A stretch of 64,000 nt of DNA. Source: Thermoplasmata archaeon. Lineage in GTDB: Archaea; Thermoplasmatota; Thermoplasmata; Lutacidiplasmatales; UBA184. A program made the translations under genes and the position numbers. The notes under the pieces were generated by a model. It was not told where the DNA came from, ran no database searches, and saw only the letters and a program-made list of their open reading frames with translations. The stretch is taken from assembly GCA_035507575.1 (NCBI GenBank), contig DATJNY010000006.1, positions 1,930 through 65,929 on the forward strand. Direction: 5' to 3'. The number at the start of each line of letters is the position of its first letter. The first letter of the stretch is position 1. Positions 21,053-29,048 of this stretch are shown here, piece by piece.

Positions 21053-21589
21053 ATGGATCCTGTACCGCTCGCCAGCGTCGATGCGACGGCGCTGCGCTGG
21101 CTGCGGCGCCGAGAGTCTCCGCTGGAGTTCGATCTGCTGGCCGGGGATCGACTCGTCGGCTCGATGACGTGGGGGAGCAAGTCCGGAACGCTCGCCACGT
21201 TCGCGACCGCCTCCACCACCTGGACGTTGAAACGTGGGGGCTTCCTGAATCCCCACATCACGGTCCGCGCGGCCGGTAGCACGGCCACTGCCGCTCGGCT
21301 AAGCGTTCACCTCAACTATCATCGGATCGAGGTCACCGGCGCGGGTGCCTATCGGTTCCACCGCGCCGGGGTCCTCGTCCCGGCCTGGAAGGTCACGGAA
21401 GAAGGCGGTAGCGAGGTCCTCCACGTCGAGCCGGTCCGCGAGGGGCGAAAGCTCACCGCGGGAGCGGTGCTGGCGAGCGAGGCCGCCACGCGGAAGCCCG
21501 CGTTCCCGCTGCTCGTGGGGACCAGCTGGTACTTCATCGTGCTCGCGTGGTTCGAGGACGAGACCCTCGCCGCCCTCGAGCCGGCCTGA
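21053..21589 (+). CDS. Hypothetical protein, beta-rich with a C-terminal hydrophobic helix
   Basis: 178 aa from the ATG at 21053, ending with FPLLVGTSWYFIVLAWF. No family recognised. Confidence 0.35.
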   Translation: MDPVPLASVDATALRWLRRRESPLEFDLLAGDRLVGSMTWGSKSGTLATFATASTTWTLKRGGFLNPHITVRAAGSTATAARLSVHLNYHRIEVTGAGAYRFHRAGVLVPAWKVTEEGGSEVLHVEPVREGRKLTAGAVLASEAATRKPAFPLLVGTSWYFIVLAWFEDETLAALEPA

Positions 21590-21603
21590 GCGCCGCCCCG
21601 TCC

Positions 21604-21768
21604 CTATTGCGCGGAGGGACCGTCCCGGTTCACGGACTGCTTTTCGAGAGCGAGAAAGCAGGCCGAGCAGAGGTTGTGCATCCGCTCCCACCCCTCGGAG
21701 GGAGCGGAGGTGAAGCGCGAGATGACCTTCCCACAGGAGTCGCAGACGAGCTGGCCGTCCTTCAGCAT
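21604..21768 (-). CDS. Small zinc-ribbon-like protein (too short for the ORF track)
   Basis: It translates to MLKDGQLVCDSCGKVISRFTSAPSEGWERMHNLCSACFLALEKQSVNRDGPSAQ, with two CxxC pairs. Third codon positions show a strong G/C bias. Confidence 0.4.
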   Translation of the reverse strand: MLKDGQLVCDSCGKVISRFTSAPSEGWERMHNLCSACFLALEKQSVNRDGPSAQ

Positions 21769-21817
21769 CGAGCCCGCACGAGCAGGCGGGGGTACAAAAG
21801 GCGTGAGGCCCGCCGCG

Positions 21818-22885
21818 TTAACTCCCTGGGGGAAAGCCGAGCGCCTTCAGGAGCCGGGGGATCATCACGTCGTAGCGGGGCCCCTTGTCAAAGTGCCCAC
21901 CCTCGAATTCCTCGTGCTCCACCGGCGCCCCCTGCTTACGGATCGCTGCCGCCAGGATCCGGGCGCTGACATCGAGCCCGAACTCGTCGCGCGTTCCCCC
22001 GTCGACGTAGACGTACCGCAGGCGTCGCGCCGCTTCGGCGTACCGCGGGAGTTCCAGCATCCGGACCGGGTCCCAGGCGAGCCATCGGGACCAGACGTCG
22101 TCCCGCAACGCTCCGGTTTCGAGGTCGAACGGGAGCTCGAAACGTCCCGGCTCCGACTCGATCGGCGAATAGCAGGACGCGTAGGCCAGGATCGACATCG
22201 CCTGAGCGGCCGAGTTCTGCGGCGTGAACCGGCCGATCGGCCGGGCGAAGACCTTGCGGAGGAACGCCTCGGGACCACCGTCCTTGCGCAGCTCCCGGAA
22301 CGTCGCCGGAAAGTCGGTGGGATAGCAGTATTCGAAGTAGGCATCGCCCGCGTTTGACCCGATCGCGGGGAACATCTCGGGGTGGCGTAGGGCGAGGACG
22401 ACGGCCCCGTACCCGCCGCTCGAGGTCCCCAGGATCGCGGTCGGTCCGGTCCCATAGTTTTGCTGGACCCAGGGGACGATCTCCTCCACGACGTAGTCCT
22501 CGTACCGGCCGGTGGCCGTGGAGTTCAGGTACTGGCTGCCCCCGAGGCTCGTGATGCAGTCCGGAGCGACCATCACCGCTTCCGCGGCACGGCCCGATCG
22601 AATCAGCCGGTCGAGCCGGGCGACGATCGTCTCATCCATGAAACGGGCAGGTTCGAGCTGCGTCCAACCGCAGCCGGAGTAGCCGCTCAAGAGCACAAGC
22701 AACGGGCGTCCGCGCGTGGTGCCCGACGGCGGCACGTAGACCGGCAGGGACCGTTTCGACGGATCCCCCCACGGGTTGCCTTGGAGTGCCCGGCTTTCGT
22801 GCTGGTGAGGCTCCACCTTCCCGTGGAGCGGCCCCGGGTAGACCTCGTCGGATCGGAGCTCGACCGGAACCCGCCAAGAGGGCAT
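21818..22885 (-). CDS. Alpha/beta-hydrolase esterase (putative esterase / enterochelin-esterase-like)
   Basis: Nucleophile elbow GTSSGG, LLSGYSG and a downstream GSNAGD motif. 355 aa. Confidence 0.7.
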   Translation of the reverse strand: MPSWRVPVELRSDEVYPGPLHGKVEPHQHESRALQGNPWGDPSKRSLPVYVPPSGTTRGRPLLVLLSGYSGCGWTQLEPARFMDETIVARLDRLIRSGRAAEAVMVAPDCITSLGGSQYLNSTATGRYEDYVVEEIVPWVQQNYGTGPTAILGTSSGGYGAVVLALRHPEMFPAIGSNAGDAYFEYCYPTDFPATFRELRKDGGPEAFLRKVFARPIGRFTPQNSAAQAMSILAYASCYSPIESEPGRFELPFDLETGALRDDVWSRWLAWDPVRMLELPRYAEAARRLRYVYVDGGTRDEFGLDVSARILAAAIRKQGAPVEHEEFEGGHFDKGPRYDVMIPRLLKALGFPPGS

Positions 22886-22984
22886 TCTGACCGCCGGGGA
22901 CCCAGTGCGACGAGGCTCAATAGTGCACGGTGACCCGCGGGAAGGCGCGAACTTTAGTGGCCGGAGGGCCTCGTACCGCGTCGC

Positions 22985-23329
22985 ATGGAGCGCGTCGGCG
23001 AAGCGGCGTTCGACGGGAATCGGCTGCGCCGTTCCGGAACATGGGTCGTCGGATTCCTCGCGGATTGGTGCCCCTACTGTCGTTCGTTCGCCCCCGCGCT
23101 CGAAGCGATGGAGCGCGCAGGTGGGCGGAACGTCCTCTGGGCCGAAGTGAACGACGAGGAAAGCCCGCTCTGGGATCGATTCGAGATCCGCGTCGTCCCG
23201 ACGCTCTTGGTCTTCCGCGACGGCGCCGAGGTGTTTCGACGCGATGGGCGCTTCGCCCGAGGCCTCAACGCCAAGGACGTCACCGCCGTCGAGGCGTTCC
23301 TCGGGCCGGCCTCACCACCGCCGACCTAG
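22985..23329 (+). CDS. Thioredoxin-fold protein
   Basis: WCPYC active-site motif and a VPTLLVF cis-Pro loop. A CTTTAG box lies about 30 nt upstream. Confidence 0.75.
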   Translation: MERVGEAAFDGNRLRRSGTWVVGFLADWCPYCRSFAPALEAMERAGGRNVLWAEVNDEESPLWDRFEIRVVPTLLVFRDGAEVFRRDGRFARGLNAKDVTAVEAFLGPASPPPT

Positions 23330-23384
23330 ACAGCTCCGGGCACCGGCGCGGCATCGCTTTAGCCCCCTCCGGCTCGGACGGTCG

Positions 23385-24212
23385 ATGCCGTCGACGGCCG
23401 GGACGCATACCGACGCGAAGCCCGTCGCCCTGATCACCGGCGGCGGGACCGGAATCGGCCGCGCGATCGGGGCGGCACTCGCCCAGGATGGGTACAACCT
23501 CGCCATCGCGAGCCGTTCGGCGGACCATCTCTCGGCAGGGGCCGGAGAGTTGCGCGGCAAGGGGGCCCGGGTCCTCGAGGTCCCAACCGACGTGCGCGTC
23601 CCCGACCAGGTCGACCGACTTCTGGATGCGGTTCGAAAGGAGTACGGGCGGCTCGACGTGCTGGTCAACAATGCCGCCGGCAACTTTCTCGCCCCGGCGG
23701 AGAAGATCACCCCGAACGGGTGGCGAGCGGTCGTCGGCATCGTCCTCGACGGCACGTTCTTCTGTTCTCGGGCGGCGCTTCCCCTCCTGCGCCAGTCCCC
23801 GGCGCCGTCGATCGTGAACATCATCGCGTCGTACGCTTGGATGGCGGGACCGGGCACGGCGCATTCGGCCGCGGCAAAGGCCGGCGTGCTGGCCCTGACC
23901 CGGACGCTCGCCGTGGAGTGGGCTCGATACGGCGTCCGGGTGAACGCGGTCGCCCCGGGTCCGGTGCGGACGGAGGGGACCGACCGCCAGCTCTGGGTGT
24001 CGGAGACGGTGGTGGACGCGGTGCAGCACGGAGTGCCCATGGGCCGCTTCGGGACGCCCGAGGAGATCGCAGAGAGCGTCCGGTTCCTGGCGAGTCCACG
24101 GGCGAGCTACATCACCGGTCAGGTGATCGCGGTCGACGGCGGCCAGTGGCTCGGGAAGGGCGTGATGGACCTCCTCACGGCCGCGTTCGGGACCGACGGT
24201 CCCGGTCAATGA
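23385..24212 (+). CDS. Short-chain dehydrogenase/reductase, 2,4-dienoyl-CoA / enoyl-CoA reductase-like
   Basis: TGGGTGIGRA, NNAAG and AHSAAAKAGVLALTRTLAVEWA motifs (DECR/PECR-type). ATG at 23385. Confidence 0.8.
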   Translation: MPSTAGTHTDAKPVALITGGGTGIGRAIGAALAQDGYNLAIASRSADHLSAGAGELRGKGARVLEVPTDVRVPDQVDRLLDAVRKEYGRLDVLVNNAAGNFLAPAEKITPNGWRAVVGIVLDGTFFCSRAALPLLRQSPAPSIVNIIASYAWMAGPGTAHSAAAKAGVLALTRTLAVEWARYGVRVNAVAPGPVRTEGTDRQLWVSETVVDAVQHGVPMGRFGTPEEIAESVRFLASPRASYITGQVIAVDGGQWLGKGVMDLLTAAFGTDGPGQ

Positions 24213-24236
24213 CGGTCCGGGGGGCCCGTCGCCCCG

Positions 24237-25115
24237 TCAGCTGACCGGCACGTTGCGTTCCAACAGGAACGTGGACAGGAGCCCCACGTACTGGTGGGGC
24301 CGGGAGAGTTGCGGAGTGTGCCCGACGTCCGGGATCTCGATTACGTGGCTGTTGCGCATTCGATCGCCGAGGGCGCGGAGGATCCGGTGGAGGAATGGGG
24401 GACTCAGGCCGCCCACCGTCAGCAAGGTCGGCACCATCAGCTCGTGCAGAAGTTCAGGATCTGGCCCGTACGCCTCGGGATCCCGGAACTCCTCGACCCA
24501 TCGATCGATCGTGCGGCCGAACGTCGCCCGGGCCGCGGGCGGCAGCCGCTCCCACGCCCCCGGCTCGGTCGCGAACGCGTCGACGAGTTCCCGGGCCGCA
24601 CCGTCCCGGTCGCCGTCCGCGACGCGCTGCTGGATCCGACGCGCCCCCTCGAGCAGCGCTTCCCCTTCGGGCGCGGTCGAGGCTTCGGCGAGCAGCAGCC
24701 CGGCGAACGGGGGCTCGTGGAGCGCGAGGCTGCGCACCATCTCCGGTCGCTCATGGGCCAGGCGCAGCGCGACCGCCCCACCGTAGGAGTGCGCGACCAC
24801 GTGCGCCGGGTAGAGGTTCAAGGACTCGAGCAGGCCCGCGAGGTCGGACGCGTCGTCCCGGACCGGCCGCGGGCGCGGAGCGAAGGCGCTCTCCCCGTGC
24901 CCCCGCCGGTCGTACGTCACGACTTCGAGCGCGTGGGCCAACCCCGGGACGACGAGGTCCCAGGAGTGACGGTCGACCAGGGATCCGTGGATCAATACGG
25001 TCGGGTCGCCCCCGGTCCCGTGTACCTCGTACGCGAGGTCGATCCCCGCCACCGACCGGATCGGCAAATCTCGCTCCCGACCCCGCTCCCACCCGCGCGT
25101 TCGTATTAGTTCCAA
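24237..25115 (-). CDS. Alpha/beta hydrolase
   Basis: HGSLVDRHSW oxyanion region, AHSYGG nucleophile elbow, and a C-terminal GHTPQ histidine. Confidence 0.8.
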   Translation of the reverse strand: MELIRTRGWERGRERDLPIRSVAGIDLAYEVHGTGGDPTVLIHGSLVDRHSWDLVVPGLAHALEVVTYDRRGHGESAFAPRPRPVRDDASDLAGLLESLNLYPAHVVAHSYGGAVALRLAHERPEMVRSLALHEPPFAGLLLAEASTAPEGEALLEGARRIQQRVADGDRDGAARELVDAFATEPGAWERLPPAARATFGRTIDRWVEEFRDPEAYGPDPELLHELMVPTLLTVGGLSPPFLHRILRALGDRMRNSHVIEIPDVGHTPQLSRPHQYVGLLSTFLLERNVPVS

Positions 25116-25164
25116 GGTCGCCCGCGGGAGCCGTTATGACGCGCGCGACCCTCCCCGAGGCGCC

Positions 25165-25485
25165 ATGAGCGCGATCTTCCAGCGCCCGCTCTGCGACATG
25201 GGCAAGGCGTACGACTTCTCGTTCCGATCGGTCCTCGGCGACCCCGAAGCGGGGTTCGGCGGGCCGTGCGACGACCGGCCCCGCAAGGTCGACCTGTACT
25301 CCGCCACCGCCGACCCCCGCGCGCCGGCGCCCGAGTGGCGGATCTTCGAACTCTGCCCCGAGCACGAGGACCAGCTGCGTCGAATCGATGCGTCGATGCA
25401 GGCGAAGGGGATCCCGAGCCGGTTCCGTTCCTCGGTGGTGCCGTCGACCGCGCCGGCCTCCGTCCCGTCCGGGGCGCGGCGATGA
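25165..25485 (+). CDS. Hypothetical protein
   Basis: 106-aa ORF whose stop overlaps the next ATG (ATGA at 25482..25485). No family recognised. Confidence 0.3.
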   Translation: MSAIFQRPLCDMGKAYDFSFRSVLGDPEAGFGGPCDDRPRKVDLYSATADPRAPAPEWRIFELCPEHEDQLRRIDASMQAKGIPSRFRSSVVPSTAPASVPSGARR

Positions 25486-26333
25486 ACCCGCTCCCGCTCG
25501 ACGGGATCGGCGCTCGGGTCGAGCTCCGCGACGGCCGGAAGATCCCGGTCGTCGGCTTGGGCGTCTTCCAGACGCCGCCGGGGGCGGTCACCCAGCAGGC
25601 GGTGCGATGGGCGCTCGAAGCGGGCTACCGCCACATCGACACCGCGGCGATGTACGGCAACGAGGTCGACGTCGGGACCGCCGTCCGGGAGAGCGGCGTC
25701 CCGCGCGAGGAGGTGTTCGTCACCACCAAGCTCTGGCACACGGAGCAGGGGTACGAGCCCGCGCTCCGGGCCGCCCGCCGCAGCGCCGAGGCGCTCGGGC
25801 TCGGCTACATCGACCTCTACCTGATCCACTGGCCCCGCGCTCCGACGCCCGAGGAGCGGCTCGGGAGCTGGAAGGCGTTCGAGGAGCTCCAGACCGAGGG
25901 GCTGGTCCGGTCGATCGGCGTCAGCAACTTCTCCCCTCGCCACCTCGAGCCGATCCTCGCCCGGGCCCGATCCCCGCCCGTGGTGAACCAGATCGAGTTC
26001 CACCCGTTCGTCTACGATCCCGAGATCCTCGCGTTCTGCGACCGACATAAGATCCGGGTCGAGGCGTACAGCCCTCTCACCCGCAACCGACGGCTCGACG
26101 ACCCGACGATCGCCGAGATCGCCCGGGCTCACGCGCGCTCACCGGCGCAGGTGATGATCCGCTGGGGGCTCCAGCACGGCGTCGTGGAGCTCCCGAAGTC
26201 GGTCCACCGCGAGCGGATCGAAGAGAACGCCCGGGTCTTCGACTTCGCGCTCTCCACGGACGAGATGGCCCGCCTCGACGCGCTCCGCGACCGGCGCCGC
26301 GTGACCCAGTGGGACCCGACCGAGATCCCCTGA
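25482..26333 (+). CDS. Aldo/keto reductase (2,5-diketo-D-gluconate reductase-like)
   Basis: GYRHIDTAAMYGNE, IDLYLIHWP and VNQIEFHP motifs. 283 aa. Confidence 0.9.
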   Translation: MNPLPLDGIGARVELRDGRKIPVVGLGVFQTPPGAVTQQAVRWALEAGYRHIDTAAMYGNEVDVGTAVRESGVPREEVFVTTKLWHTEQGYEPALRAARRSAEALGLGYIDLYLIHWPRAPTPEERLGSWKAFEELQTEGLVRSIGVSNFSPRHLEPILARARSPPVVNQIEFHPFVYDPEILAFCDRHKIRVEAYSPLTRNRRLDDPTIAEIARAHARSPAQVMIRWGLQHGVVELPKSVHRERIEENARVFDFALSTDEMARLDALRDRRRVTQWDPTEIP

Positions 26334-26377
26334 GGCCAGGGGCGACGGGCTCCCGCGCGCGCCGGTTTCTCGCCGGT

Positions 26378-26405
26378 GCCACCGGTGGCGGCGCACCATT
26401 TTATA
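26378..26405 (+). promoter_or_regulatory. Palindrome GCCACCGGTGGC (26378..26389) followed by a TTTTATA box (26399..26405) upstream of the ferredoxin gene
   Basis: The TATA box is centred 35 nt upstream of the ATG at 26437. A perfect 12-bp palindrome lies about 10 nt upstream of it. Confidence 0.35.
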
Positions 26406-26436
26406 CCCGCCTTCGGTCGGTAGTACAGGACGAGCC

Positions 26437-26715
26437 ATGGTCACCGTCGAAGTCGCTCACGAGAAGTGCACGGGATGCACCCACTGCCGCGACGTCTGCC
26501 CGGTCACCGTGTTCGAGATGCAGCCGCGCGAGAACTGGCCGGACGTCGTGGACGACCCGAATGTCGCCGCGAAGTTCCAGTTCCGGGCGGAGAAGTCCGC
26601 CGTGATCCACGGGCCGGACTGCATCATGTGCGAGGCGTGCCTGTTCGAGTGCGAGGGTGAGTGCATCACCATCGTCGACGACGAAGGCACCGTCCACCAG
26701 TCGACGTACAAGTAG
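26437..26715 (+). CDS. 4Fe-4S dicluster ferredoxin
   Basis: CTGCTHCRDVCP and CIMCEACLFEC cluster motifs. 92 aa. Confidence 0.8.
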   Translation: MVTVEVAHEKCTGCTHCRDVCPVTVFEMQPRENWPDVVDDPNVAAKFQFRAEKSAVIHGPDCIMCEACLFECEGECITIVDDEGTVHQSTYK

Positions 26716-26746
26716 ACCCGTTCGTCCCGTCGCGCGCGACGGGCTC

Positions 26747-27730
26747 CTAGACCGCGCCGTGGATCGGACGGTAGAACGCCGACTTCACGACCGGTGGCGC
26801 GCCGCTCGGAGGGAATTCGACGCGGACCGCGGAGGCCCGGCCGAACGCCGCGAATTCGAGGGAGTACCAGACGGCGACCCACGCGCCGGCGGCGTTCCGG
26901 AACGCCTCCCCGAAGTGGTACGTGGTGGCGAGGATGCTGCTCCGCTGGCGGGCGAGCCCGTACGACCAGTCGAGCGCCTCCGCCTCCGAGCCTGGAGCCC
27001 CCGTGTGGGGCGGCACGACGATCGGGGCGTCGACCTCGAACGGCCCCTCGACGATCCCGCGGCCGAGCGCGTAGCGGGCCCAGCGGGTCCGGACGCGCCC
27101 CTCCGAGGCCGTTTCCGCGAGCAGGACCCACTTGAGCGGGTTCTCGGTCGGCACGACGACCTGGTAGCCACCGGCCGGGGAGAGCCACCGCCCGACGTGG
27201 TAGCGGCCGGCGAGCCGCAACGCGAAGTACGCGACGAAGAACGCGACGAGCAGGTAGACGGTGAGGAGGTAGACCGCGAAGGCGACGTGGTTCCGCTCGA
27301 CGCCGAGGAGCAGGTAGAACGAGAGGACGGAGACGATGAGCGTGAAGAAGTTCACGGCGCGGTCCGCGTCGAGATGGAGCGGCTTCTCCGAGAACGGGAG
27401 GAGCGGCGGGACCGAGAAGTTCGTGAACCCGTCCTGGAGGATGTGGCACGCCCCGCCGACCATCATGACGAGGAAGTAGACGTACGGCGAGCCCGGGGCG
27501 AGGAGCGGCCCGACGATCGCCCCCGCGATCGCGACGACGGTGATGCCGAACACGGAGTGGGTGATGCCGTGGTGGCGCAGGATCGGGAACCGCTTCGCGA
27601 TCGGGAAGAAGAGCGCGTCGGCGTCGGGGAGCCCGCCCGCGAGCGCCCCCGCCGCGAGGTACGACGGCTGGAACCCGACGAGGCCGAAGGTGACGAGGTA
27701 GGCGACGAGGATGTGGGTGAAGAGATCCAC
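26747..27730 (-). CDS. Membrane-bound metal-dependent hydrolase (DUF457/YdjM-like)
   Basis: N-terminus MDLFTHILVAYL, plus GGLPDADALF and RHHGITHSVFG motifs. Several TM helices are followed by a soluble C-terminal region. Confidence 0.6.
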   Translation of the reverse strand: MDLFTHILVAYLVTFGLVGFQPSYLAAGALAGGLPDADALFFPIAKRFPILRHHGITHSVFGITVVAIAGAIVGPLLAPGSPYVYFLVMMVGGACHILQDGFTNFSVPPLLPFSEKPLHLDADRAVNFFTLIVSVLSFYLLLGVERNHVAFAVYLLTVYLLVAFFVAYFALRLAGRYHVGRWLSPAGGYQVVVPTENPLKWVLLAETASEGRVRTRWARYALGRGIVEGPFEVDAPIVVPPHTGAPGSEAEALDWSYGLARQRSSILATTYHFGEAFRNAAGAWVAVWYSLEFAAFGRASAVRVEFPPSGAPPVVKSAFYRPIHGAV

Positions 27731-27752
27731 GGCCGGGAGCGGGACCTCCCGG

Positions 27753-28019
27753 CTACAGGAGGCCTTCCTCCATCACCTCGACCGATTCGACCCCGGGGAT
27801 CTTCGCGAGGGCCTGCTCGGTCGAGTCGAGCACGCCGCCGGTGTCGCTCATGACGACGGAGACGAGCAGCGACTTGAGCCCGTAGGCGATGTCCTTGACC
27901 TGCATCCCGCGGATCGTGACGCCGGAGGGAACATTCGCGGTCACCGCCTTCGCGACGGCGGGCAGATCCGTCTCGACCCCGTGGGGCATCAGCCGGAACA
28001 GCACGGCGACCTGGCCCAT
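27753..28019 (-). CDS. ef1b: Translation elongation factor aEF-1 beta
   Basis: 88 aa from the ATG at 28019 (MGQVAVLFRLMP...IAYGLK...VESVEV), matching the typical archaeal EF-1beta length and pattern. Confidence 0.8.
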   Translation of the reverse strand: MGQVAVLFRLMPHGVETDLPAVAKAVTANVPSGVTIRGMQVKDIAYGLKSLLVSVVMSDTGGVLDSTEQALAKIPGVESVEVMEEGLL

Positions 28020-28030
28020 CTCGCGCCCCC

Positions 28031-28204
28031 TTACGGCCCTTCGAAGCCGCACTTCGGGCAGTGGTACGGCACGCTCTGATCGCGGCAGCGCGCGTCGCGC
28101 CCGATCGTCGCCTCGCCGCAGCTGGGACAGGGGAACTGCGTCGCCCCCTTTGCGGGGACGGCGCGGCCGCACGACGTGCAGCGGATCTCCGTCACGGATT
28201 GCAT
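28031..28204 (-). CDS. Zn-ribbon protein (COG2888-like, usually paired with aEF-1beta)
   Basis: 57 aa with three CxxC pairs plus a seventh Cys (CTSCG, CPSCG, ARC, CPKCG). It lies directly upstream of ef1b. Confidence 0.65.
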   Translation of the reverse strand: MQSVTEIRCTSCGRAVPAKGATQFPCPSCGEATIGRDARCRDQSVPYHCPKCGFEGP

Positions 28205-28217
28205 CGGACCGGCCCCC

Positions 28218-29048
28218 CTACTTGCGCGCCGGAGTGCGGCGGCGCGCGGCCACTCGGGTGACGAATATAAAGACCGCCCCGAAGAACGCGACGGCACCGG
28301 CGAGATACCAGAGCGTGTAGTTCGGCGGGGGACCCGGCACGTAGAACGTCGTGGAGTACGTCGTCCCGCCGCCCGCGAACGCGACGAGCCCGTGCTCGTT
28401 GACGAGCGAGACGGTGAAGGTGTGGTCGCCGCTCGAGAGCCCGAGCGTCGCGTACTGGAACGTCGCGACGTAGCTGGAGTGACCGGTGAGGGTCGGGACG
28501 CTGATCGAGCCGACCGGGGCGCCGTCGAGGTCGACGGTGAGCGAGAACGCGAGGATCGTCGAGCTCGTCGTCGAGAGGATCGTCATCGAGAGCGTGTACG
28601 GCTGCACCACGTTGACGGTGTAGGTGAGGTTGATCGACGCGTTCTCGCTCCCGTAGGTGGAGGTGATCTCGACGAGGATCGTGAGCGCCTCGGTGACGTT
28701 CCCGACGGTGAGCAGCGTCTGCTGGGGCGTCCCGTTCAGGATGCCGGACTCGGTCGGGGAGAGCGAGACCCCGGTCGTGTTGACGCCCGTGACGGACGCG
28801 TAGAACGTGATGTTCCCGACCTGGGTGCCGTTCGCCGCGATCGCCGGGCCGCCCGTTCCGTTGATGCCGAGGAACTTGTTCGCGTTGTAGGCGAGCACCT
28901 TCGGTCCGGTGATGTTCCCCGCGACCGGCGTCGTCGCGCTCGCGTCGGCGGTGATCCGGCCGGGCCCCAGATGCGAAGCGCCGACGGCCCCGGCGAGACC
29001 GGCGGTCACGAGGAGCGCCAGGATGGCGAGCGGGAGGAGGAGCCTCAC
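28218..29048 (-). CDS. Secreted, C-terminally anchored, sequon-rich protein (putative N-glycoprotein)
   Basis: The GTG at 29048 overlaps the aglB stop (GTGA). It has a signal peptide ([24 protein letters not shown]), at least nine N-x-S/T sequons, and a C-terminal TM helix plus basic tail ([17 protein letters not shown]). Confidence 0.55.
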   Translation of the reverse strand: MRLLLPLAILALLVTAGLAGAVGASHLGPGRITADASATTPVAGNITGPKVLAYNANKFLGINGTGGPAIAANGTQVGNITFYASVTGVNTTGVSLSPTESGILNGTPQQTLLTVGNVTEALTILVEITSTYGSENASINLTYTVNVVQPYTLSMTILSTTSSTILAFSLTVDLDGAPVGSISVPTLTGHSSYVATFQYATLGLSSGDHTFTVSLVNEHGLVAFAGGGTTYSTTFYVPGPPPNYTLWYLAGAVAFFGAVFIFVTRVAARRRTPARK

